From assembly GCA_041179705.1 (NCBI GenBank), contig JBEGSW010000032.1:6446-70445 (forward strand): a DNA stretch of 64,000 bases, written 5' to 3'. The position numbers were made by a program, and so were the translations under genes. Below are positions 1 through 7,975 of this stretch, piece by piece (the first letter of the stretch is position 1; every line of letters starts with the position of its first letter). The notes beneath the pieces are model-generated. The model was not told where the DNA came from. It worked only from the letters and a program-made list of their open reading frames with translations, and searched no databases. Source of the stretch: Bacillota bacterium (lineage in GTDB: Bacteria; Bacillota; Bacilli; Paenibacillales; JBEGSW01).

Positions 1-1
1 T

Positions 2-463
2 ACGAAGATTGATGCTGCTCGTATTGCTACAATTGGTGGAATTCCTGTGTTTATCGGAATGTTTAAGGAATCGGGAGACCTTATACAAGCAATAGAAAAT
101 GCTGGTAAAGGAACTTACTTTGTGACAACAGAGTCCAATCTTTCGATGAAGAAACAATGGGTTGGCTTCCACTCCCCTACGCGCGGAACAATTGCCATAG
201 ATGATGGTGCTGTCCAAGCTTTATTGCACCACAACCGAAGTCTACTGCCTGCTGGTGTTAGACAAGTTTCCGGCGATTTCCATCCAGGCGATGTCGTTGA
301 AGTAACTAATCTACAAGGTCAAGTTATTGGTCGCGGGCTCGTTCATTATACGACCCAACAACTTGAAGAAGCTGCTGGTCTCTCAACGGAAGAAGTATTC
401 CAGAAGCTTGATGTTGCACGTATTGAAGTTATTCATCGTGATGAATGGCTAAGTTTAACCTAA
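2..463 (+). CDS. proB: Glutamate 5-kinase, C-terminal part (PUA domain); 5' end lies outside the window
   Basis: The frame is open from the window edge. The translation (..IATIGGIPVFIG.. and a C-terminal PUA-like segment) and the position directly upstream of proA both fit proB. Confidence 0.85.
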   Translation, partial: TKIDAARIATIGGIPVFIGMFKESGDLIQAIENAGKGTYFVTTESNLSMKKQWVGFHSPTRGTIAIDDGAVQALLHHNRSLLPAGVRQVSGDFHPGDVVEVTNLQGQVIGRGLVHYTTQQLEEAAGLSTEEVFQKLDVARIEVIHRDEWLSLT

Positions 464-477
464 TCGAGGAGGATCAC

Positions 478-1725
478 ATGAGCGAAGTACTTAATAAAGC
501 GAAGCTAGGCAAGGTTGCTGCTCGCGCTATGAATATTACAACTACAGAACAAAAAGACCGTGCACTTCTACGCATTGCAGATGCATTAATCGCACGTGAT
601 CAAGAAATTATTGAAGCCAATGCTGAAGATTTGCAACGCGGACGTCAAAGTGGCATTCGTGAGTCATTGATTGATCGACTTGCCTTAACAAGTGAACGGA
701 TTGCTGCAATGGCCCAAGGTTTGCGCGAGGTTGTCGCGTTAGCGGATCCTGTTGGTGATGTTCTTGCACAATTCGAACGTCCAAATGGCTTATCCGTTCG
801 CCAAGTTCGAGTCCCTCTCGGATTAATTGGCATGATTTACGAAGCACGCCCAAATGTGACGGTTGACGCTGCTGGTTTGTGCCTAAAGACTGGTAATGCG
901 GTATTGCTTCGTGGTGGTTCAGCAGCCCTCTCTTCTAATCGTAAGATTGTTGAAATCATCCATGATGCACTAGCTGAGAGTGATTTGCCGGTAAACGCCG
1001 TTTTACTTGTGGAAGATGCTGCGCGTGAATCCGTTGACCAAATGTTGAAATTAAATGGTTTGCTTGATGTCGTCATCCCTCGTGGAGGTGCCGCTTTAAT
1101 TCAAAACGTCGTTCAAAATGCAACTGTCCCTGTTATTGAAACCGGCGCTGGCATTTGCCACACCTTTATCGATGAATCGGCGGATGTTCAAATGGCCGCA
1201 GCGATTGCTTTTAATGCGAAAGTACAACGTCCTTCCGTATGTAATGCAATGGAGACATTGTTGGTGCACGAACGTTTTGCATTGATCCACCTACCGGCAG
1301 TTCTTGCGCAATTAAAAGAGGCAAATGTCGAATTCCATTGTGATCAACGCGCTGCTTCCTTGTTGCCTGGTGCTAAACTAGCTGCAGAGCAAGATTGGGC
1401 AACGGAATATAATGACTATATTTTAAATGTTAAAATTGTCGGCGATTTAGATGAAGCATTGGATCATATCCGTACATACGGTACGATGCATTCAGAATGC
1501 ATTGTCACGGCGAATTCTGCAAATGCTGAACGTTTCTTACAAGAAGTTGATGCGGCCGCTGTTTATCACAACGCTTCTACTCGCTTTACGGATGGATTTG
1601 AATTCGGCTTTGGCGCGGAAATTGGAATTAGTACTCAAAAGCTCCATGCGCGTGGACCGATGGGTTTACCTGCCTTAACTTCTTCCAAATATATTATTCA
1701 TGGCCAAGGCCAAATTCGCCAATAA
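478..1725 (+). CDS. proA: Gamma-glutamyl phosphate reductase
   Basis: Full-length aldehyde-dehydrogenase-type ProA translation. GGAGG lies 6 nt upstream of the ATG at 478. The ATG at 445 in the ORF track overlaps the proB end and has no RBS. Confidence 0.95.
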   Translation: MSEVLNKAKLGKVAARAMNITTTEQKDRALLRIADALIARDQEIIEANAEDLQRGRQSGIRESLIDRLALTSERIAAMAQGLREVVALADPVGDVLAQFERPNGLSVRQVRVPLGLIGMIYEARPNVTVDAAGLCLKTGNAVLLRGGSAALSSNRKIVEIIHDALAESDLPVNAVLLVEDAARESVDQMLKLNGLLDVVIPRGGAALIQNVVQNATVPVIETGAGICHTFIDESADVQMAAAIAFNAKVQRPSVCNAMETLLVHERFALIHLPAVLAQLKEANVEFHCDQRAASLLPGAKLAAEQDWATEYNDYILNVKIVGDLDEALDHIRTYGTMHSECIVTANSANAERFLQEVDAAAVYHNASTRFTDGFEFGFGAEIGISTQKLHARGPMGLPALTSSKYIIHGQGQIRQ

Positions 1726-1737
1726 GGAGGTCCTTCT

Positions 1738-2583
1738 GTGTCCTTACAACAACGTAATATTTGCTTCATTGGAGCCGGTTCGATGGCTGAAGCGATTTTG
1801 AAAGGTTTACTTGAACAAGGTAAGACTACGGTCGATCGCGTATCTGTCTTGCAGCGTTCAGATCGCCCTACACTTTCTTCTGTTCGCGCTAATTATGATG
1901 TGAATCCAATTACTGAGCATACTTCTAAGGTTAATGCCATTCGTAAGGCAGATATCATTATTCTTGCAGTAAAACCTAAAGATGTATCGGAAGCTTTGGC
2001 ACAATTGCGTGAAGGGTTCCATCAAGGTCAATTATTCATTTCTGTAGCAGCTGGATTGTCTGAACGTTCCATTCAAACCAAGTTAGGATTGCCTTTTGAA
2101 TTACCTATCGTACGTACGATGCCTAATACATCAAGTGCAGTTGGATTATCGGCAACAGGTGTGGCCTTCTCTCCACTTGTAAGTGCAGAGCAGCAAGCCA
2201 TTTCATTAGAGTTGTTGGAAGCAATCGGTATTGTGGAGGTTGTTGAAGAAGACTTACTCCATCTAGTAACTGGCGTTTCTGGAAGCGGCCCTGCTTATTA
2301 TTACGCCATGATGGAAGCGATGATTGAAGCTGGCGTAGAAGGTGGATTATCACCCGAAACTGCGAAGCAATTAACGGTTCAGACTGTGCTAGGTGCAGCA
2401 AATATGGTGTTGCAGTCCGGTGAGGACCCTGCCACATTACGTGTTAAAGTCACATCGCCAAATGGTACTACGCAAGCTGCATTAGAGTATTTACAAAACC
2501 ATGATTTCTCTAAGATCGTTAAAGGTGCTGTCCATCGGGCTACTGCACGTTCCCGCGAGATGGGCGAACAATTATCGAAATAA
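1738..2583 (+). CDS. proC: Pyrroline-5-carboxylate reductase
   Basis: N-terminal Rossmann motif FIGAGSMAEA and a ProC-like C-terminal domain. AAGGAGG lies 7 nt upstream of the GTG start. Confidence 0.9.
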   Translation: MSLQQRNICFIGAGSMAEAILKGLLEQGKTTVDRVSVLQRSDRPTLSSVRANYDVNPITEHTSKVNAIRKADIIILAVKPKDVSEALAQLREGFHQGQLFISVAAGLSERSIQTKLGLPFELPIVRTMPNTSSAVGLSATGVAFSPLVSAEQQAISLELLEAIGIVEVVEEDLLHLVTGVSGSGPAYYYAMMEAMIEAGVEGGLSPETAKQLTVQTVLGAANMVLQSGEDPATLRVKVTSPNGTTQAALEYLQNHDFSKIVKGAVHRATARSREMGEQLSK

Positions 2584-2586
2584 ACC

Positions 2587-2632
2587 AAAAGAGGTTATCC
2601 AAGTGTGTGCTTGGATAACCTCTTCTTTATTT
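2587..2632. terminator. Bidirectional rho-independent terminator between convergent proC and dnaD
   Basis: Perfect 14-bp stem AGAGGTTATCCAAG/CTTGGATAACCTCT with loop TGTGTG, flanked by A-rich sequence on one side and T-rich sequence on the other. Confidence 0.8.
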
Positions 2633-3292
2633 CCGTTCTATTCGATACTGTTGCGCATGTAACTTTGCTTGATCAACGGTACGTATTTTCTTATTCTGCC
2701 AGTCCAATAAAATGCGATCAATATAACGGAAATGTAACTTCCCAGCAAAGACAGATTCTTTAAGCGCATGAATAATAAGTTCACGCGGATATTGATCTTG
2801 TTCTTCCCAAGATGCAATCATCTCACATTCCATTGGAGAAAGCGGTCGAGCAAATTCCGTCTCAAAAAGCACATATAAATTGCGCTCTTTGCCATTGCTT
2901 ATTCCAACCGTCTTCTCGATTGATCGTTCTTCCATTTGTTCATTTGCCAATTTACCTAGCATTGGCGTAAGACTGTACACTTCATGTTGCATAGCTGTTG
3001 TCGCATCCTCATGCTGTTCAATCGAAATCCAATTGGCTTTCAATAATTTCTGTAACCCGCGAATAACAATGGCTTGATCGACATTCATACGAGCAGAAAT
3101 CTCATCAAACGTTGGAAATGGATTATTTTCTCGTTCAGCAAATGAAATCAATTGAATTAATATCATAACTTCAACTTCATTTAATCCTAATCGAGCATAT
3201 TCCTTAATCAACGTAAATGGAACGACAATGGAGCCATCCATCAACAGGCGTTGATAACCATTTGTATAATCTTGGCTTTGTTGATTGCTCAT
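2627..3292 (-). CDS. dnaD: Replication initiation / DNA-remodelling protein DnaD
   Basis: The translation aligns along its whole length with B. subtilis DnaD (..FEEEFARPLSPMECE.. and ..FRYIDRIL..W..). GAGGGAG lies 7 nt upstream of the ATG at 3292. Confidence 0.85.
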   Translation of the reverse strand: MSNQQSQDYTNGYQRLLMDGSIVVPFTLIKEYARLGLNEVEVMILIQLISFAERENNPFPTFDEISARMNVDQAIVIRGLQKLLKANWISIEQHEDATTAMQHEVYSLTPMLGKLANEQMEERSIEKTVGISNGKERNLYVLFETEFARPLSPMECEMIASWEEQDQYPRELIIHALKESVFAGKLHFRYIDRILLDWQNKKIRTVDQAKLHAQQYRIERK

Positions 3293-3314
3293 TGTCAAAC
3301 TCCCTCTATTATTC

Positions 3315-4574
3315 TTAAATCATCGCATTCGTAGCATTTATTTCATTCTCGTCCAATTCTAACGTACCATTATCACGTGCCGTAATTAATTCATACGTAT
3401 CACGTGCAATTACTAATTCTTCATTCGTAGGTATAATAAGTACTTCAACTTTGGAAGTTGGCTTCGAAATTCGACGATCATCGCCTGAGCGAATCAAGTT
3501 CTCATGCTCATCAAGTTCAATGCCGAGGAACGTTAAATTCTCCAAAATATGTTTGCGCAAAGGAGCTGCATTTTCACCAACACCCGCTGTAAATACTAAC
3601 ACGTCAAGCCCATTCATTGCCGCTGCATAAGCTCCAATGTATTTGCGAATCCGATAAGCATACATCTCAAAGGCGAGGGCAGCATCTTTGTCTCCCTCAT
3701 CCATCGCCTTTGTAATTTCACGCATATCGGAACTAATTCCGGAAATCGCTAGTAATCCACTATGCTTATTCAACATGGAGTTTACTTCCGATAACGTCAA
3801 GTCTTCCTTGGCCATTACAAAACGTACAACATCCGGATCAATATCGCCACTACGCGTACCCATCATCAAACCTTCTAGTGGAGTCATCCCCATACTGGTA
3901 TCAATTGAAATGCCATCCTTGATTGCGCTGGCACTCACACCGTTTCCGATATGGAATGTAATCATCTTTAACGATTTCAATGGGCGATTCAAGAACTTCG
4001 CAGCACGACGGCTTACATAAAAATGTGACGTTCCATGAAATCCATATTTACGAACCTTGTGACGCTTATAAAGCACTTTAGGGATTGGGTAAAGATAGGA
4101 TCGTTCTGGCATAGTCTGATGGAATGCTGTATCAAACACAACCACTTGTGGAACATCTGGCATATTTAATTCAACAGCTTTAATACCCATGATGTGTGCC
4201 GGGTTATGTAGCGGTGCTAATTCAAACAAACGACGAATTTCATCGGTTACATCAGGTGTAACAATGACAGATTTGGAGAAACTTTCACCACCATGAACAA
4301 CACGATGGCCAACAGCATCAATTTCATCAATGGATTGTAAAACGCCGTGTGACTTATGAACTAATTTATCTAATACTTTCCGAATGGCAGAAGTGTGTTC
4401 CAAAATCTCACTAACTTCACTGATTTCTTCTCCGCCTGCTGGTTCGTGTACCAGAATAGAAGATTCAAATCCAATACGTTCCACACGACCTTTTGCCAAG
4501 ACAGATTCGTCTTCCATATTATACAATTGATATTTAAGCGAGGAACTCCCCGCATTGATAACTAGCACGTTCAA
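3315..4574 (-). CDS. ackA: Acetate (acetate/propionate family) kinase with a C-terminal extension of about 20 aa
   Basis: N-terminus VINAGSSSLKYQL and a conserved ASKHA fold throughout. The TTG start overlaps the hbd stop (TTGA). Confidence 0.85.
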   Translation of the reverse strand: MNVLVINAGSSSLKYQLYNMEDESVLAKGRVERIGFESSILVHEPAGGEEISEVSEILEHTSAIRKVLDKLVHKSHGVLQSIDEIDAVGHRVVHGGESFSKSVIVTPDVTDEIRRLFELAPLHNPAHIMGIKAVELNMPDVPQVVVFDTAFHQTMPERSYLYPIPKVLYKRHKVRKYGFHGTSHFYVSRRAAKFLNRPLKSLKMITFHIGNGVSASAIKDGISIDTSMGMTPLEGLMMGTRSGDIDPDVVRFVMAKEDLTLSEVNSMLNKHSGLLAISGISSDMREITKAMDEGDKDAALAFEMYAYRIRKYIGAYAAAMNGLDVLVFTAGVGENAAPLRKHILENLTFLGIELDEHENLIRSGDDRRISKPTSKVEVLIIPTNEELVIARDTYELITARDNGTLELDENEINATNAMI

Positions 4575-5443
4575 ATGCGATCACCATCCTTGTTGTATCG
4601 GAAAAAGCCCTGTCCTGTCTTCGTTCCTAACTTACCTGCACGAACCATTTTCTTTAACAAGAAAGATGGTCGATACTTGAGTTCGCCAAATTCGCGGAAC
4701 ATGCGGTCAAGTGCATATAATACGGAGTCTAGGCCAAAACGGTCAGCCATCTCAAGCGGTCCATGGTTAAAGTCATAACCGATTCGCATCGCAGAATCGA
4801 TATCTTCAGCAGAAGCAACGCCTTCAGATAATGTATGTAGTGCTTCGTTGATTAAAATACAAATCAAACGTGTAGTGACAAAGCCTGGGGATTCGTACAC
4901 CATAACAGCTTTTTTTGTGATTTGCTCCTCAACGAATTCCTTGGTTGTCAAGAATGTTTCTTCAGAAGTCTGAAGACCTCGAATAATTTCAACCAAATGA
5001 ATCTTTGCAACTGGATGTAAGAAATGTAATCCGATTACGCGTTCAGGTCGCTTCGTTACAGAAGCCATTTCTGTCAAACTCAATGTCGATGTATTACTCG
5101 CCAAAATAATATCAGCAGGACAAACTTCATCTAACTTAGCAAATACTTCATTTTTAAAATCCGGATCTTCCGTAATCGTTTCAATGACCATATCAACATC
5201 AGCCAATTGTGACCAATCTGATACAGTTTGAATTTTAGAAAGAATTAACTTTTTTTCTGCTCCAGTAATTGCCCACTTTTCAATTTGCTTGTCCAAACTA
5301 ATGACGATTGAATTCCAGGCCCATTCTAATTTATCAGGTGTACGCTCAACGAGCATCACTTCGATCCCTTTAACAGCAAGCATCTCAGCAATGCCTTGTC
5401 CCATCGTTCCGCCGCCAATAACGCCGACTTTTTTTACAGCCAT
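4571..5443 (-). CDS. hbd: 3-hydroxybutyryl-CoA (3-hydroxyacyl-CoA) dehydrogenase
   Basis: NAD-binding motif VIGGGTMGQGIA and a typical HBD/FadB C-terminal domain. Confidence 0.85.
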   Translation of the reverse strand: MAVKKVGVIGGGTMGQGIAEMLAVKGIEVMLVERTPDKLEWAWNSIVISLDKQIEKWAITGAEKKLILSKIQTVSDWSQLADVDMVIETITEDPDFKNEVFAKLDEVCPADIILASNTSTLSLTEMASVTKRPERVIGLHFLHPVAKIHLVEIIRGLQTSEETFLTTKEFVEEQITKKAVMVYESPGFVTTRLICILINEALHTLSEGVASAEDIDSAMRIGYDFNHGPLEMADRFGLDSVLYALDRMFREFGELKYRPSFLLKKMVRAGKLGTKTGQGFFRYNKDGDRI

Positions 5444-5516
5444 GATTTTCCCATCCTTTACCGATATATATTTATATAATTGTACAATGTTTAACCCTTG
5501 AAATCATCTTAATTTA

Positions 5517-6011
5517 TCACTTGTGCAATGCATAATAGGCTAATAATTCGCCATCTGAGAAGCGATAGTAACGGTAATAAGAACGCCCCTCTTCCGCATT
5601 ATTTTCCTTGTACAATACTTCCCACACATACTCATCTCTCCAAATGTTAGGTACGATGTGTTTGAATTGCACATTTGGATAAAGTCCCCGAACGATATTT
5701 TCGATTTTTGTAACCGAAACGCCACTTGACTCATAATCCCAATAAATGTCATTACCCGTTATCCAAGCGATTATGTTTTTATTATCTTCATCTTGGCCAA
5801 AAACAATCAAATGTTTGTTCTCATACGATGCAAATTCGACACGATTCACTTTCACTATTGTACTTTCTGCACGTGCTAATTTGATTGCTTTTTCACGCAT
5901 TTGTTCAAAAGGAGCTTGAATATGGTGATAGTATAAAATGCCACTTAGAACAATGACAATTACACCGATACTTACGTACAACCATAATCTTGAACGGTTA
6001 TATTCTCTCAC
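5517..6011 (-). CDS. Membrane-anchored PepSY-like protein, TseB/YpmB-like
   Basis: A single N-terminal TM helix followed by a domain of about 130 aa. The size and position in the dinG/dnaD neighbourhood resemble B. subtilis ypmB. GTG start with AAAGGGAG as RBS. Confidence 0.5.
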   Translation of the reverse strand: MREYNRSRLWLYVSIGVIVIVLSGILYYHHIQAPFEQMREKAIKLARAESTIVKVNRVEFASYENKHLIVFGQDEDNKNIIAWITGNDIYWDYESSGVSVTKIENIVRGLYPNVQFKHIVPNIWRDEYVWEVLYKENNAEEGRSYYRYYRFSDGELLAYYALHK

Positions 6012-6030
6012 TTCACCAACTCCCTTTATA

Positions 6031-7335
6031 TTAGCGCGTTTGCAATGTATTAAATCTTGTTTGTACTTCTGATTGAATACGTTCGATATCCAGGGTCAAA
6101 ATTTCTTTATTTCGCATAATACATTTTCCATTTACCCACATATCCGTTACGTCTTGCGCACCGCCTGAATAAACAACGTGACTGATTAAATTGGTTCGTG
6201 GATAAAAATGAGGTTGATCAATATTAAGCGCAATGAAATCAGCTTTATTCCCAATTGTTAGACTACCAACGCCATCTAACCACAACGATTCCGCGCCTAT
6301 GGATGTAGCCATCTGTATCGCTTGTAAGGCGGGAACAACTGTTGGATCTTGACTAGTACCTTTGTGTAATAACGCTGCAAGCCTCATTTCTTCAAATAAA
6401 TCTAAGTTATTGTTACTTGCGGAACTATCTGTACCTAATGAAACTTTGACTCCCGCTCTTATTAATTCAGGAACTCTTGCAATCCCGCTCGCGAGTTTAA
6501 GATTACTGCCAGGATTATGAGAAACTCGGACATCGTGTGCTGCTAATAGTTGAATTTCTTCGTCAGTTAAATGGACAGCATGTGCAACAATACTTGGACG
6601 GCTAAACATACCGAGATTCAAAAGATGTTTAACTGGACGCTCTCCATATTGTTTCGCATTTTCTTCAACTTCACGAATCGTCTCAGACATGTGTGTATGA
6701 ACTGGTAAATCAAGCTCATGTGCAATTTCAATTACTTTAGAAATGAAATCTGGCGGACACGTATAAGGTGCATGCGGTGCCATCAATGTTGTGATTCTTC
6801 CATTTGCTTGTCCATGCCAATCACGGGCAAACTGTTTCGCTTCATTCAGCTTCATTTGTTGTACTTCTGGTGGCGCAAAGCCAATCATACCACGTGTTAA
6901 ACTAGCGCGTAAGCCGGATTGTGTGACAACTTCCGCAACTCGGTCCATATGGTCATACATATCCAAAAAACATGTCGTTCCCGATCGAATCATTTCGACA
7001 ACTGACAATTGTGTTCCCCAATATACATCGTCTGAGGTGAACTTTGCTTCATTTGGCCACATATAATCTTCTAGCCACGTCTGTAGTGCCAAATCGTCTG
7101 CATACCCTCTTAAAAGTGACATTGCTGCATGGGTATGTGTATTGACAAGACCAGGCATGAACAACCGATTATGTCCATTTACAATTTCATCAAATGAAAC
7201 ATTCGCATATTGCTCGGGCAAATTTTCTCCAATGAACGTAATCCGATCATTCTCCACAACCATGTGCCCATTAATAATCGGCTGGTCACTTGAAGCAGTA
7301 ATAAAAATACCGTCTTTAATCCAAATCTTTGACAT
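6031..7335 (-). CDS. mtaD: Amidohydrolase of the 5-methylthioadenosine/S-adenosylhomocysteine deaminase (MtaD, cog0402) family
   Basis: Metal-binding motif NTHTH near the N-terminus, plus HAxH and D motifs. The length is typical of the MtaD/TM0936-like deaminases. Confidence 0.8.
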   Translation of the reverse strand: MSKIWIKDGIFITASSDQPIINGHMVVENDRITFIGENLPEQYANVSFDEIVNGHNRLFMPGLVNTHTHAAMSLLRGYADDLALQTWLEDYMWPNEAKFTSDDVYWGTQLSVVEMIRSGTTCFLDMYDHMDRVAEVVTQSGLRASLTRGMIGFAPPEVQQMKLNEAKQFARDWHGQANGRITTLMAPHAPYTCPPDFISKVIEIAHELDLPVHTHMSETIREVEENAKQYGERPVKHLLNLGMFSRPSIVAHAVHLTDEEIQLLAAHDVRVSHNPGSNLKLASGIARVPELIRAGVKVSLGTDSSASNNNLDLFEEMRLAALLHKGTSQDPTVVPALQAIQMATSIGAESLWLDGVGSLTIGNKADFIALNIDQPHFYPRTNLISHVVYSGGAQDVTDMWVNGKCIMRNKEILTLDIERIQSEVQTRFNTLQTR

Positions 7336-7354
7336 CTTAAAATACCTACCTTTA

Positions 7355-7975
7355 TTAATCTAAGTAATAGGCCAAACTGTGAAGTTCGGTCGTAAAATCA
7401 GCATGATGTACACGTACTTTAACAGGCACTTTAATTATTATTGGTGCAAAGTTTAAGATTGCTTCGATTCCGGCTTCGACAAGTTGGTTTGCGACATTTT
7501 GTGCTTCAATTGCTGGAACCGTAATAATACCAACGCGAATTTTTAATTCACGCACTTTCTGAATTAGTTGCGCTGTAGGCAATATTTCCAAATTATTAAT
7601 CATTTGGCCAACTTTTTCAGGTACTTGATCAAAGACAGCTACAATTCGCATCGAATCCCTATGATACATGTTGTAATTACTTAGCGCGTGACCAAGATTA
7701 CCAGCACCGATTAAAGCAACATTAATTGGCGTATCTAATTTTAAAATATGTCGAATCTGCTCAATCAGATAGCCGACATCATAGCCAATCCCCTTCTTCC
7801 CAAAGTCCCCGAAGTGTGCGAGGTCTTTACGAATTTGTGCGGGGTTTAAGTCAAGCTTATCGCCCAATTCTTTGGAGGACACCGTCTGAATATCGGCAAA
7901 AGCTAGTTCGTTCAAGAAACGCAGGTAGATGGGCAACCGTTTCACTACAGCTTCTGAAATTTTATATGTTTTCAT
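7355..7975 (-). CDS. rex: Redox-sensing transcriptional repressor Rex
   Basis: N-terminus ..RLPIYLRFL.. with a winged helix, and a Rossmann domain GAGNLG. The start overlaps the dinG 3' end by 14 nt. Confidence 0.9.
   Translation of the reverse strand: MKTYKISEAVVKRLPIYLRFLNELAFADIQTVSSKELGDKLDLNPAQIRKDLAHFGDFGKKGIGYDVGYLIEQIRHILKLDTPINVALIGAGNLGHALSNYNMYHRDSMRIVAVFDQVPEKVGQMINNLEILPTAQLIQKVRELKIRVGIITVPAIEAQNVANQLVEAGIEAILNFAPIIIKVPVKVRVHHADFTTELHSLAYYLD

Noticed and set aside
3688-4020. These are the many 60-140-aa ORFs antisense to or out of frame with well-identified genes. Examples are 3688-4020, 17197-17541, 57028-57390, 13737-14015, 43135-43392 and 44732-45031.
   Set aside because: Each lies entirely within, or overlaps, a confidently identified gene on the opposite strand or in another frame. 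They lack RBS motifs and have non-protein-like composition. They are typical shadow ORFs.
5479-5488. I considered the palindrome ATTGTACAAT upstream of hbd as a Rex operator, since rex is encoded nearby.
   Set aside because: It does not match the Rex consensus TTGTGAA-N6-TTCACAA in length or sequence. It is kept only as a minor note under the hbd-ack finding.
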